NCBI RefSeq assembly: GCF_964188315.1
Contig: NC_135659.1
Coordinates: 57,040,001 to 57,104,000 of the forward strand
Length of the DNA: 64,000 bases
Direction of reading: 5' to 3'
Origin: Podarcis muralis
Lineage: Eukaryota
Part shown: positions 49,663 through 63,206 of the stretch, one piece after another
Numbering within the stretch: position 1 is the first letter of the stretch
Layout: each line of letters begins with the position of its first letter
Notes under the pieces: model-generated
What the model saw: only the letters and a program-made list of their open reading frames with translations
Told to the model about the DNA's origin: nothing
Database searches by the model: none
Made by a program: the position numbers and the translations under genes

Positions 49663-51579
49663 AATCTACTCTGGGGATTAGCTCTCAGTGCAAGGCACAG
49701 GGTCAAAATAACATTCACTTGTTGGTCACAACACAAGACAGTGCTGAAAAACTGAACCTGAGATGAGGAAATATTTTGGATGCTTTGGGAAGGAGCCATT
49801 CATTGCTCCCATAACTGAAGTGATACATCTTTGGGTGAACGTTCATATCATCTACTCTGAACCCAATGGTGAATCTGATATTGTCATCAGATTTGCAGAT
49901 ATCCATGCAAATCTGATATTGTCATCACCATTAAATTACCAGCTTGGCAGAGACTGGATTCTGATTGTGCAAAGTGCTACTATGGTTGGCCTGATTGGTG
50001 TTTAACAACATCTGGAAATCCACAAGTTCCCCATTCCTGTTCTGCGGGCTTTAGATCCCTTGAAAATGTCAGTCTGTATGCAGAGGATATGTGAACAGAG
50101 AAACTTTGGTATGTTCACATTTGATCTTTCTGCAAGATAGTAATGCACAGTCATGTTGTGTGCTTGATACATTTTGCCAATGTGCCCACTTTCTCTGGCT
50201 CAACGTATTTCATCTCATCCATTGGCCTTTTAGTTCATTAAGCAACAGCCACAACTCTGCTGGCAGACCTTTCAAATTGGGGAAGAGTTCTATATCCAGA
50301 TTAAGATGATCTAAATTGCTAATTTTGATGGATATGAGTTGTGCTGCGAATGCTTAGTTCAGCTCGAGTGAGAAACAATCCTTGTCCTAAAGCCTTACAA
50401 ATGAGACACCCAAGACAGGTCAAAGAAGCATAATCATTTCCCATCTTAAAGATGGAAAACCAATGAAATTAAGCAGCTTGCCCAAGGTCACGCATGGATC
50501 CAAATTTAAAACAAATTGAATAAGTTTCTTTGTGTCATCTTCTTGCTGAGCTTGGAATCGTTTGTGTTCTCTGATCTCCTTGGCTTAGAGCTCAAGAAGC
50601 CATGCTGTTACAGTAATAACATGAGGCCAATAAGGCTTATTAAGCCCTGGAGGGATTCTTTGCAATGCCCAAGCCACAGAGCTGCCTAATAAGCAGAGAA
50701 TGTTGGCCATGCTAATGTCATTAGTGGTGCCATTTGTTTTAGGCTAAATGTTGTACAAAGCAAAATCCGTTTTAATCCCAATTTAGAACAGGCTTGCGGC
50801 TGTCACTGGGGGCATTTTTTCCCCAGCCTATTTTTAAAAATAATCTGTTAGGCATGCTGGTTGCCAAAATTCCACTAAGAGCTCTATTCCAGGGCCTTAT
50901 GCTTTCAGAAAGGCTTCTGCACGGTGCACGGCACGTGCAAACAGAGAGAAGGGCTGCAATTCTTGCTAGACAAAGAAGCATGAACAGCAAATTGTCGTTT
51001 GAGGAATGAACCACACAGAGGGCCAAATTCAGCCTAATAGCAAATTGATAGTGGGCATCAGATGTCAGCTAGCACTGTTTCCATATCCGCATTACATTAG
51101 AATGCAGGTGATGGACCCTGTTCTTTTCTGTAACTCTGTCAGGGGAAGGGACTGTAGCTCAATGTTACAAAAACTTTGCAAACAGAAGGTCCCAGTTCGA
51201 ATCTTTAGCATCTCTGGTTATATGACTGAGATGGGAAAGAGCATTTGCCTAAGACCCTCAAGAGCTAATGGAAGATAGAGGAGACCATACTGGACTTAGT
51301 GGAGAAATGATCTGGTATAAAGTTGTTTCATATGTTCCTCTGCCTTACTAACCTGTCCTTTCTTGCTCTCACCATTGCTAGAAAGGTGATACAGACCTTA
51401 TTTTCAGACTTATTTGTATTACTACTTTACTCTGGCAGAAGTTAGACAGAGAAACCCAAAAAGAAAATGCAAAATGCTTAGGCATGGAGTGTTGAAGTGC
51501 AGACCTCTGCCTGGAAAGGGCAGGGCAAAAAGTAAGTGTGGATAAGCTCTTAGTTGAGTTCTGAGGGTAATACGTTGAA

Positions 51580-51716
51580 CAGAGGTGGCTAACTGGCATC
51601 CTCCAGATGTTGTTGGATTCTAACGCCTATAAGCTCCAGAAAGCCTGGCCAATGGCCAAGGATGGTGGGAGCTGCAATTTGACAACATCTGGAGGACCAC
51701 AGGTTAGCCACCCCTG
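51580..51716. mobile_element. Palindromic hAT-like MITE
   Basis: CAGAGGTGGCTAAC...CCTCCAGATGTTGT / ACAACATCTGGAGG...GTTAGCCACCCCTG; no clear TSD. Confidence 0.75.
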
Positions 51717-52844
51717 ATTTATATAACTTGGTGGACAAGGACTGACCCATAGAGTTACCCTTCTACATAATGTTTGAGTATTTGCCCCATTTGTAAACGA
51801 TGTGTTGTCTCCAACATTTATTGGTAGAAGCCTAGCAACCTTCTTTTAGCCAAGAGGAAACTATGAATGAAATCCATACTGAAGCATGCGCATGTGCAAA
51901 CACACACAGAGAGAGGTAAAGTTTTCACAGCAAATTAATAATTTAGATCTCAAAAGTAAGAGGCTACAGAACAAAACAGGCACTGCTGTTCAGGTATGAG
52001 TTCACAAAACTGAAATATCAGCAATAGAGATACCCTCCTTGCAAGTACCCTGTTCACTTTGGATATCACTAACTGGGGATGGTTCAGAGGAGATTGATAT
52101 CAGCTCCATTCTTTATTTAGCATCCATCCAGATTTGTTTGCCCAAAGTTTGCAGGGGGGTTAGGCGACATCAGTTATTTGTTGCACATTCATTCTGATTA
52201 ATTTGTGAGGAGGTTATTCAATGTTGTATGAAACAAGTGTTATCCCACACTTTCCAGTACATCTCCCATCACTTTCCTCATTGCAAAAAGACTGATGGGG
52301 GCAGATTTGTTGCATAAGAGCACCAAATCAAGTTAATTGTGCAAACTGAATTTGCCAGTATGTAATTGAACCCCAGCAGAAAAAAGCAACAGTCTGGAAG
52401 TGCCATAGCACAGCCTATGAGAAAAAGACAAAAGAGATGTAATAACCAGGAGTGTTCACCCTTCAGAAGGCTAGGGAGAGATGAGAGATTTAAAATCTGC
52501 AAGCATGAACTAAGAAAATGTCAGCAGTCCATGCTTCACCTTTTTTGATGATAGCAGAGAAGAAACAATAGCTGTAGATCAGAAGAATATCAGTTTAAAT
52601 AATAGAATGAGGGAAGACCATTTTTCTGCCCACAAGGGCTGCTGAACAGCAAGTTGAGACACCAATTATTGTTTTCATCAACAGCTTTAGAGAAGAAGCA
52701 AGTGCTCAGAGAAACATCAACCAAACAACATGATTATCAATATCTGTACTTTTCTGCATTTCACTGTCTTCTGACCTCACTGTTTCCAACCTCCTCGCCT
52801 TCCAACCCACATTTCTATATACCCATGCAACTCAGGATAAAATT

Positions 52845-52945
52845 TATGCATCTGATAAGGTGGACTGTAGTCCAAGAAAGCTTATAGGCATAATATATTT
52901 GTTAGCCTTTCAGGTGCCACAAGACTCTTGGTTGTTTTTACCAGC
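52845..52945 (+). mobile_element. PLE 3'-end remnant with mutated hammerhead core
   Basis: CTGATAA-GG-TGGACT-GT-AGTCCA-A-GAAA-GCTT, then TTGTTAGCCTTTCAGGTGCCAC, which resembles TTAGTTGGTCTTTAAGGTGCTAC at the end of the PLE at 8621-9024. Confidence 0.65.
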
Positions 52946-55823
52946 CAAAAGAAAAGCCTTTGACTTATTTCATTTTGCTTTGTTGCAGAAGAATGGTGTA
53001 CACACAGTCTTCTCAAGAGGCTCTGTGGTTATGTTTTTCCAACGACATATTTCTAAGACTGCCAGATTGGGGACTTGAAGTGAGCTTGATGCAATTCCTG
53101 CCTTTTCGTTCCATATAATTTTGGGTGAATCAAAGAGTTTCCCATCTGTAAAATGGAGCTTAAAGCATAGTTTATCTTTTGCATTATAAACACATTTGGA
53201 AGCCCTGCCTGTGTTAGACCACAGGATAAGCTGGGGCCTTGGAGTCCTTTACATCATATAAAATGCTCTTATATGAGAGAGTGAGCAAATTATTGAGCCA
53301 GGAAATTCCTTTTCCTGCATGCATCTCACTGCAGCCCCATCTGTTATTCTACATGTAGCTGGAGGGTAAGTTGAAAAAGAAAAAATGTGCCCTGGTTCCT
53401 TCTACTGACATACAGCACTCCAGAAATGTGATCATGTTTGCAAATGCCAGATATAATGATTTCCAGAGGGGAGGAAGAAACAGACACATTCTTAGAGCTC
53501 ACATTTTGAAATGTGTTGAGGGTTTTTTAAACTTCCAAAATCATTTGGTAATACTAAGCCATCTCTATTTTTCACTCCTTTATGAAAGTGTTTGGTGGTG
53601 AAATTAACTGTGACAGATAGTAAGCACATGCTCTCTCTGCTCCTGACATGACGATTAGAGAAAAATCTTTCACATATTAGCAAGAACAAATGCTACCAAG
53701 GAGAGGTCTAATCACTCATCTTCCAGTCCCTACATTTTTCAAATGTTATTACAATGAACTTCACTTCTTTATAGCTTTGCAGCCTTTAGAGGCTGGAGAA
53801 GTGGAGGCAGACCTACTAAGGGCAGCTTTTTCTGGTCCAGAAACAGCCATGGCTGGGGAACTAGTGTCCTGTCCATGTCATTGGGCTGGACAATTGAAAC
53901 TGATCCCACAGGTTGAAAATCAACATTACTCCAGGGACCTCCAACAGACCTGGACTAGTTGTAGCATCAGGTTCAGCACATATCTGAGCAATGTTGACCT
54001 CAAAGCATTTCACAAATCTTTTGCAGCAGGTTATTGAATTGCATAGACATCTTGCTTTTTGGAAGACTTCAGTTTTGGACATCTTGTCTTAGCCACAGCA
54101 GCTATCCTCTTGCTTCTCTCTGAAGCCCTTCAGGATCCTGATTTCCCCTGTCTCCATCCCTTATCTCCCACTATGCATTACATGAATCCTCCTAAAAACA
54201 GTGAAACATTTGAATGAGTCCCATTATGATAGATATTTTAAAAGGTCAACTCCCACTGTGTTTGATAAACTACTGTAGTCATTATCTGAACAGCATAATA
54301 AGATCGTTTCAATGAAGCAAGCAACATTTACATGTACCTTCTGTATTTTAATAGTATGTTTTCATTAAATCTTGTATTAGCAAGCATTGGTCCATAGTAG
54401 ATTCTCAGTCACCACAGTTTTTATGCTGCAATTCCACATTCAGTGTTTATATGTGGCTGCAGAGGTACATATAGTTGAAAGTTGTGTTCCACTATCTCAC
54501 AACTTCCTGCCTCACTAATGGCATACACAACCAGTACTGCACCCAATATTGAAGGGGCCCAGTGTTGCGTGTATGAGCAGCGTCACATACCTGTGACATC
54601 ACATGTGCACATCATCAAGTGGAGGCTGAGCATGCAGTCCAGCACTTGTGCAGCTTCAGTGTCCAGTGGCTCCTTGTCTCTTGTGCTCAGGAGGAGCCAG
54701 CTACTGATGCTGCACCATGCATGGCTCCGTGCAAACTCCTCCACCCCCTCAACATTGTGGGGGCTCAGCCCCCTGCCAACAAATATTCAGGGGACCAATG
54801 ACACCTCCACCCCTAGGAGTTGGCACCTATGCACATAACATGGGCCCTTTGCCATCTCGGAGTGCAATGGACAGCACAAACGTTTCCAAAGCACTAGATG
54901 GTTCTCATACTGTTGCCTGAAGATCTGCCACTTTCACTGGTTTATTTAAAAATGGCCTTCACCACTAAACTTATCTAATGGGCTAGCAGGGCACATGTGT
55001 GAAGCCTACCTGCTGAGCTACCTTGACCTCATTTCCTCGATCGTCGGAAGCCGTGTTGTCAGAAAGAAGATGCAGCAGATAAAACTAATCTTTCACTATC
55101 TCCGGCAGCTTTTCCCTGGTGTTTGCCCATTTGCAAAATTGTTCAGATCCGCACAGGAAAGCTACTGCATGTTGCCAGCAACTGAAATCCAATTAGCTTT
55201 AATTGCTACGTTGCCACTGATCCGTTCAGTAGGACCATGAGAATAAGGCATGGACCCATGTGAGTACTTTGCCTATTGATAAAGCAATGGTGTCACACAG
55301 ACCTGGCTCCTAAAGAAGCACAGTGATGTTTCTTGTATCTATTATGTAATAATGAAGTCAATATACCTATCTTCACATAAGATGAAAACTTCAAGGGCAC
55401 ATGTGCGCACACAAAACAACACCATACCAGCTCACCTTGCCTGGAGAAAACAAAAAATGGTCACAACACAACAAGAAACCTGGTTTATTTAAGAACATAG
55501 GAAACTGCATCATTTGTCCATTTAGCCCTAGTATGTCTGTAAGGGGTTATCCAAGGCAGAGGCCTTTTCCACATCTCCTGCTCTTCCTGGACCTTCACCT
55601 GGAACTGCCAGGGATTGAATTTGGGGCCTTCTGCATGCAAAGCACATTTGTTAAGTCTCTGAACACCTCAGAGGCAGTATGTCTCTGAATACCAGTTGCT
55701 GGAAATCGCAGGTAGGGAGAGTGCTGTTATCACTCAGTTTCTGCTTACAAGCTTCCCACAGACATCTGGTTCACCACTGTGAGATGCCGTTTGGCCTGAT
55801 CCAGCAGCTTCTTCTTACATTGG

Positions 55824-56230
55824 TGTTATGTACTGAGTTGAATAGGATCCAAACTTCAGCAGTCTGATTGGTCCTAGAACAATAGGATCCAAAATGCAGC
55901 AGTCTGATTGGTCCTAGAACAATAGGATTCAGAATGCAGCAGTCTGATTGGTCCTAGAACAATAGGATTCAGAATGCAGCAGTCTGATTGGTCCTAGAAC
56001 AATGCAGCAGTATGATTGGTTGGCAGGAGCCACCCAATCCAGCTCCAGATAGAAGTGAATCCACAACTTGATTGGCCTACAGGAGAATTCCGGAATTAGC
56101 CAATCACGTGCAGCCCATTGTGTAAATAATGTATATAAAGCAGATACTTTGAGGGGACTTTCATTCCCTCCTCACCACTATGAATTGAATAAAGAGCATG
56201 AAATCCACTCTCGACTCTGAGTATATTTCA
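55824..56230 (+). mobile_element. Solo LTR (Gypsy/ERV-type) with 4 x 40-bp internal tandem array
   Basis: TG...CA ends; 40-bp units at 55841-56000 each containing an inverted CCAAT (ATTGG); TATATAAA ~56132 and AATAAA ~56189; flanks ATTGG / ATTTG (5-bp TSD with 1 mismatch). Inserted in an older LINE tail. Confidence 0.85.
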
Positions 56231-59200
56231 ATTTGTTTGTAAGTTTTTACATTTATACCCCATCTTGTGAGAAATAATCTCACAGCCAAAATAAAACTTC
56301 AAGCTTTGCTAGACAAGCAAAGAGTTAAGACACGTGGAGTTCTCCCCTGTAAATTCCTAGAGAGAATACTCTGTGAGGTCATATCCCCTGCTTTCACTGG
56401 CAGGAAAAGTAAGGAAGATAATCCTTACTACTTCGTCCATCCTCAGAGTTCGGTCATTTTTCTCTCTCCGTGTAACTGAGGTAGGTTATGGATTGAAAAT
56501 GGGACCTGATACATGCAAGAAATGTGCTACACCACTGAGCTATGGACTCTCACCTTGTCATTGAATAGTTGCAGGACAGAGCAGCAGCACTCCACCAAAG
56601 ATGCAGAGCCTTTAATGAGCATTCATTGGCTATGGTTGTCCAACCAGCTGTTGGTCCACCAAACAGTGGTACTGTCCACCCCACGTTTTACCATCTTGAC
56701 ATCAAGGATATTTCATGTGCAAGAGAGGACTATGCATGGAACATGAACTGCAAAGTCATCATATTGCAGTGCAAAGCATAAAATAGTGAAAAACACCACT
56801 CAGAATGTGAATTACTGCCAAGGCCACTGAGAAATGTTATACATAAACACCTGGAATTAAAGGTTTAAAAAATGACAGGGTGTTGCTGCAGAGGGTTAAT
56901 GCTGCTGCCTTTCAAATCTTTTAAGAAATATTGGGATGAGCCTTTAAGTGCTGAAGTTGCAAGTGGGAAGAGAGACTGTGAAGAATAGCAGTTTAAGAGA
57001 GAGACTACAAAAATGAGCTCACAGACATGGGGGGGGAGGTGTGCTATCATTAACAGAATCACAAATAAACGTGCTAGCTGCGGGAAGTCTTGTATTTTCC
57101 CAGATACAATTGCAGCTGGATCGCTGGGAAGAATCGATGCTCTCGCCACAGAAATGGATCTTTGAGGGAAGGCATATGGTCTGTGTGAAACTTGTCACTA
57201 TTGTACCAATAGCTGATTGCATCAAAAGGCTCTGAAGCAAGCAAAACTTAGCTGCAACCGTAAGCATATTTGGAAGGGAGTAAGCCCCAACTGGACTCCG
57301 TCAGAGCTGCTTCTCAATAAACATGCTTAGGAGTGAACTACGCCTCTTCGATGGGGCAGACACTTCCTCTCCCAAGACAGCAACAGTAAGCACCACACAG
57401 ATTCTGCTCTAACATGGACCATGACTCCCCTGACACATCCTTGCAGAGAAAAGAGGGGGTTGCCCAGCAGGTGTTTGTTCCTCAAGTCAGCAGCAATATG
57501 GCCTTCCAGCAATAATGGCTTGTGTTTCTTTTGGAACTTTTCCATAATTCATACAGTGGCCTCCTCTCAGCCATCAAATATTTATGCCCTGATGATGCTT
57601 AGTAAGAAACATATTCTTCCTTGGAGCATGGCTGAACATTCAAGGCTAGCATGGATTTTCCTTTGTTCAAGTCATTATGTTCAGTATCGATTTAGCTTGT
57701 CAGGTGGATGGGGTGTGCTTCAGGAATGAAAACAGCACAATGCTTTTCCCTACACCCAAAGAGCAGCTGCCTGATTCTGCTTTTGCAGTCTACTTCCCCC
57801 TTGACCATGGCAAGGAGATGATAATCCTCTCTTTGCAGCAATAAAACATGGACTGGGCGGAAATGGCCTGCCAGCGTTCTCTGCACCGTTTGTGGGTGGC
57901 AAGATTCAGGGGACATTTTGCTGAGCATTCTCCTGGGGAGAGCTGAAATTCTCCAACATTCAAGAAATTAAATTTTCAGACAATTCTTTTCTGAGACTCT
58001 TTGGCTGGGCACTAAAGAAAACCACTCTTCTAGAGTTTAAGAGCCTTTGAAAGACAAAAATGGCTCTATCTCCCTCTAGTGACCAAATGGGTTAGCATTT
58101 GATGGCTCGATTCAGAGGTCCGCTTCTCACGTGGTTGGTATGGCAAAGTAATGCTCTGAGAAGCTCCATCAATTGTGAAGGGCCACTTTGCTCTTGGGTT
58201 TGCTCAAACGGCAGCCTCCAGCCACCCTGCCCAGTGTTATGGAAGAGAAGGCAGTAGACATAGCCTTCTTCCAGTGCACCCAACCTTCAGCTTCCTCCTG
58301 GTCACTTGTGAGTCATAGTGCCTGCTTTTTTTTCTCTGCTGGAGGTTGAGTCTTTGTCAGAGGGTTTGGAACAAATCCTTCCCCCCTTCAGCTCAAGCCC
58401 TGCATCAAAGCATTCATTTATTTGAACAGATAACATTGTCCCATCCACCACCCTGGGTTTCATACATCCTCGGGCATCTAGATCTACCACATTGTGCTCA
58501 AGGAGAGAAAATCCATCCCACACCATGGGGTTTGCGGCTGACCTTCTACTGTGCCACTGCTAACCCATTGACAAAAAATCCTAGAGTGGCTGCTCTCTGT
58601 GAGAATGGGAGGGGGGTGAAAGGAAGCAGATACAATAATAATTAATGCATGACCCATAAAACCCCAGTTTGCAGACGTATGCTCTTGCTGGGCAGTTAGA
58701 AGGCAGTGTTTTAAAATCCCATCCATTATTCACAGGGCAGTGCCATTTTAATAGTTAAACTTGTTTCCAATTAATTTTTAATTAAATCCACTTTTCAAAA
58801 AAAAAACCTAAGACACAACATTTTGCCTGAAGCAAGATCCTCTGACCTACTGTGGAATCATAGTCTGTTGTCAGGACCAATTCACACATTGCCAAATTCG
58901 TACGGAGAGGCTTCCATGGAATAGAGATGTGATTTTTAGCATATTTGTTTTCCATACTTTCTCAAGGGACTCCAGAGTTACCCTCACAGCTCCCATGCAA
59001 GGTAGGCTACACTGAGAGAAAGTGACTTTTCCAAGGCCACCCAAATCTTCTGGATCCAAGTCCATCATTGATGAGGACGCCACCATCTATATACATAATG
59101 CTTTACGAAGAACATGTTTGACAAATCCATGTCGCAGAGGACTTATGAACATTAAAAAGGCATGTGGAAAACAAAGAGGAAAGGGGTGAAATAGAGACAT

Positions 59201-62200
59201 GAATAAACAGGGGAAGAATATACAATTATTTTAAATACAGGTATTTTGGCTTAGTTGTGATATAGTATTGAGACCAGGAAGTTGTTCCAAAAATGTCCTG
59301 GAAAAGATAAGCTTTGAGGAGAGGGTAGTGGTCACATAGATGTGTTTTGGAGGGCAGTTCCAAGCATAAGGGGCAGGAAGGCAGAAAGGGTGGAAGCCAA
59401 TGAATTATATCCAATGCAGCACCAAGCAAAATGTCCTGTCAGCACAAAGAGTTCTCCTTGCACAGCAGAATGTTCTCCCTCTCTTCTCCCCCTGAGTGCC
59501 CCCTAAATCCATTCTGGGGTTCCCCCAACCCTCTGGTGCAGATTTGGGGATGATGCTGGGCACACATGGGTGGAGGAGAAGGGGGAAATCCCTTGGGGGA
59601 GGAGAGACACTCTGCATGTACTCAGAGGCACCCACTGCCATTACTTTACGCTGACATTCCCTGACATTCAAAGCAGATTCAGGGGCTTAATGCTGATGAG
59701 CCTTGGCTCAAAAGTATGCCCTGAAAATGGGATTGGCATCCTCTGTGACGCTGAGTAGGAAATGAAATTCTTACCCTTCAAAACTGCATTCCTAAGTGCC
59801 TACTCCTCACCGGCTTAGTGATCAGAACAAAAACATTATAGTGTCTGGAAGATAAGTCCACTTAGCAGCTGCAAAGCAACTCCACGCACTAGAAGGGACC
59901 AGCTTAGCAGCAAATTCTTCTCTTACAAAACTCGTAGGAAGGCTAAAGCTCCCATTTGTTTTAGCGCATAGACGGCAGGACCAACCAGGTTATGGCAGAG
60001 AATAGAAATGTGCACACACAAAATCCCTGACTTTGCTATCAGAAGGCTACGGCGTATCTATAATGCTTAAAAATAAACCCTGCTTTGAACAGAGCTGAGC
60101 TGAGCTAAAATGACAGCATGAGTTTAATTACTCCCATCTTGTTCAGAGCGATAGGAACTATAATAAAACATGGCCCAGATTTCACGGTTTTTCACACCAT
60201 AAGCCAATTAAAAAGTGCCTCTGACATGAGCCCTGCTGCAATTAACCAAGAGCAGACTTGCACTCAAAGGACATGTGTAAACAGAGGGCAGCCACAAAAC
60301 CATCTAGCTCGCTCCCCTATCAAGCAGCTTCAGTGACAGCATCCTAAAGGGGAGGCTGCCTGTGCTGGGGGTTCTTCCAACAAGAGGAGAAGGAAGTGCA
60401 TCAAGTCCTCAACACCTCTAATGCAAAAAAGATCCAAGACTCAGCAGATGTGAAATCAAAGAGGGACAGATCGGTCTAGCATGCTGTGAGTAGGACAAGG
60501 GGGTGTGAAATTAGACAATACCACAGGCGATACAAGAAAAGTGCTTGATGGATCAGTTTTCCTCCTGAGCAACGAAAAATGATCTGGAGAAACTGATGCA
60601 CAGGGAAATCCAAAATTAAGAGCCAAGCCTTGGCAGGTGCCTGAAGCTATTTCACATAGCTCCTGTTCCTGTTCTGCCTTGAGGCCGAGATTTGCAGAAG
60701 TGAAAAGAAGCTGAATGCAGACCCAGGGCACAGCTTGTAAAACTCAAGGGAAGCAGAGAGGCCGGGGGATGGGGAGAGAATGTAGTGCAGCAGAGTACTG
60801 TGTTCTGGTACTCTAATCATCGCAGCAATAAGAGGAGCTAAATAGCACCCTGCATTTGAAAAAGGCTGTCTATCGTCAATACATCTTGCCCGGGTGAGAC
60901 GCCCTTCAAATGCAGCAGCAGACTTACAAGAGACCCTTTTCCATAACATGATACCGCATGGCTGATGGCTCCATACACCCAATGCAACCATGCAGTAGGG
61001 CCTTTCCTCTATAGCTGGCACCCCTTTCTAACGCAAAAAAAAACCCTCGATACATCCTGTCATGTGGTTGCATGAGCCACATGTACCCAAGGGGCGTAAC
61101 GCGGGAGGACCAGGAGGGCCATGGCCCCGGACGCATAATTTTGAGGGGGCACAAACTAGGCACCCCCACGCAGACACTGGCTGCTGTGGGGATCATCGTC
61201 CCACCCAGATGCATTCTGGTGGGCCCTGTCCCTGGCTCCCCATCCTTCCCTGTCTGCCCTGGGGGGGTCTCTGGGCCCTGAAGCCCAGCTTGGCCTCACC
61301 ACCGTGTCCCCAGCCCCCTTGCTGAATGGCTCACTCTCTCCTCGCTTGGCATGCTCCCTAGACAGTGAGTGAGCAGGGATGGAGGGAGGTGGGCAAGGGG
61401 CGACCCCAGCATGGCACTCCAGCCCAACGCTCCTCTCCACGGGCATCAGGGGGGTTCACAGGTCAAACCATTCTATGAATAAGGTGATGGAAAAGGAGGG
61501 CAGGATTTTACTTTCAGGAACAGGTTTGGAACATAACTGTGCAAACAGCTGCATTTGCAAGATGGGCACTGAACATGGAAACAGAAGCTGATAAAAGAAC
61601 CGTCAGAGATGGTATATGCTGTTTTTAGGGGCTAGTTAGCGACACCTTGGCTTGGAAAGAGCATGAGACAGCAATTGGATCTGGGAAAAGAAGGCTCGGC
61701 ACACCATGCCAGAAGGCCTAGCAGTGGAAGCCAATGCCAGAGAAAAGGGTGCCAGGTGCCAGGCAGACTGACAACAACTAGGAGAGACAGAGACACCAGA
61801 ACCCCCCGGGACTGCTAGCAGAACAAGCCTGTGCCGTGCAGAGGCGCCAAGGTGTCACTGATTCTTGTCCTTTAGCTTAGTAGTGTCAACATGCTTTCTA
61901 GTCTGATTGATGACTCAGGAAGTCACAGAGCAGCCCTGCTCTACTGCGCTCTGATCTCACCCACGAGTCAGTGCATCAGCAGGAACAGCTGCGACCAGAT
62001 TTACTGAGGGAATTATTACTGCAAGGGTCGCCTGCTTCAGATGCCTTTGTCTCTATATGTCCTGCAGTAAATTACTCCCTATAATTTTTAAAAATCATTG
62101 CAGGAGTCCAGCATCATAGGGAGCAATGTAATTTGGGACGAGAACGTGCTTCCCAAAATAAACCCCACAGGAAATCAAACCAAGAAAGGTGGTAGTCCCA

Positions 62201-62854
62201 CCTTCCTTTCTGCAACCAATATTTCCAGTCCTGACATACAGTTTATACACTATGCACACTGTGGAAGTGCACTAGGTGGAGGGTTTTGATGTCATCCCAT
62301 TCTTGACAATTCCACTCTTCATTCTGGCCACAAGATTCAAGTTTCCTGATGTGCCAGTTTTCTAGCAAGGCATATGCAAGGCTGGCTACCTGCTGATTTC
62401 CTCCATGTCTTACCTAACCTTGAATTATTTTTTAACAGGAGACATTTTCCTCTGACCAGTGTTTTTCTGCTACTAATTTGTAAAGTCAGTCTTTTAGGCC
62501 CAAATTAGATGCAGTGTGGGATAGTTATGATTCTCCTGCATTAAAAAGATAGGTGCAAAGAGGAGATACTGGTTAGATTAGGACTATGACACTAGAATAG
62601 GTAGGGTTAGCTCCATATTATTTTTCTGATTAAAATTCTCTTGCCCATATCTTCTATTTGCACCTTGCAGAATAAAACTTACAGATCTTGCATGGATACC
62701 TCGGTACCAGTAAACTACAGATTGCAGTGAGGGCTAATTGGAATAATGCTACAAAAAGAAAGGATTAATCTCATTCTTCAGTGTTATGGTCCTGATTCAA
62801 TTCAAGGGTCCCTGTGGCTTCTATTAAACGAGAAACAACAACCCATGTCTTGTT

Positions 62855-63206
62855 AAAGGTAAAGGTACCCCTGCCCATACGGGCCAGTCTTGACAGACTC
62901 TAGGGTTGTGCGCCCATCTCACTCTATAGGCCGGGGGCCAGCGCTGTCCGCAGACACTTCTGGGCCACGTGGCCAGCGTGACAAGCTGCATCTGGCGAGC
63001 CAGCGCAGCACACGGAACACCGTTTACCTTCCCGCTAGTAAGCGGTCCCTATTTATCTACTTGCACCCGGGGGTGCTTTCGAACTGCTAGGTTGGCAGGC
63101 GCTGGGACCGAGCAACGGGAGCGCACCCCGCTGCGGGGATTCGAACCGCCGACCTTTCGATCGGCAAGTCCTAGGCGCTGAGGCTTTAACCCACAGCGCC
63201 ACCCGC
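62855..63206 (-). mobile_element. Sauria SINE
   Basis: Near-identical to the 29.9-kb and 47.1-kb copies; TSD not resolved. Confidence 0.93.

Noticed and set aside
55841-56000. CRISPR-like regularly spaced repeats
   Set aside because: Contiguous 40-bp tandem units with no unique spacers, inside a eukaryotic LTR.
57101-57260. Plus-strand candidate coding exon
   Set aside because: Stops in all three frames between the acceptor and the donor; could only be non-coding and has no other support.
59693-59714. CTGATGA hammerhead candidate
   Set aside because: A GCC/GGC hairpin follows, but no GAAA comes after it and no stem I or III can form.
29934-63206. All four Sauria SINEs on the minus strand
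   Set aside because: Four copies sharing one orientation has a 1-in-8 chance under random orientation; not significant.
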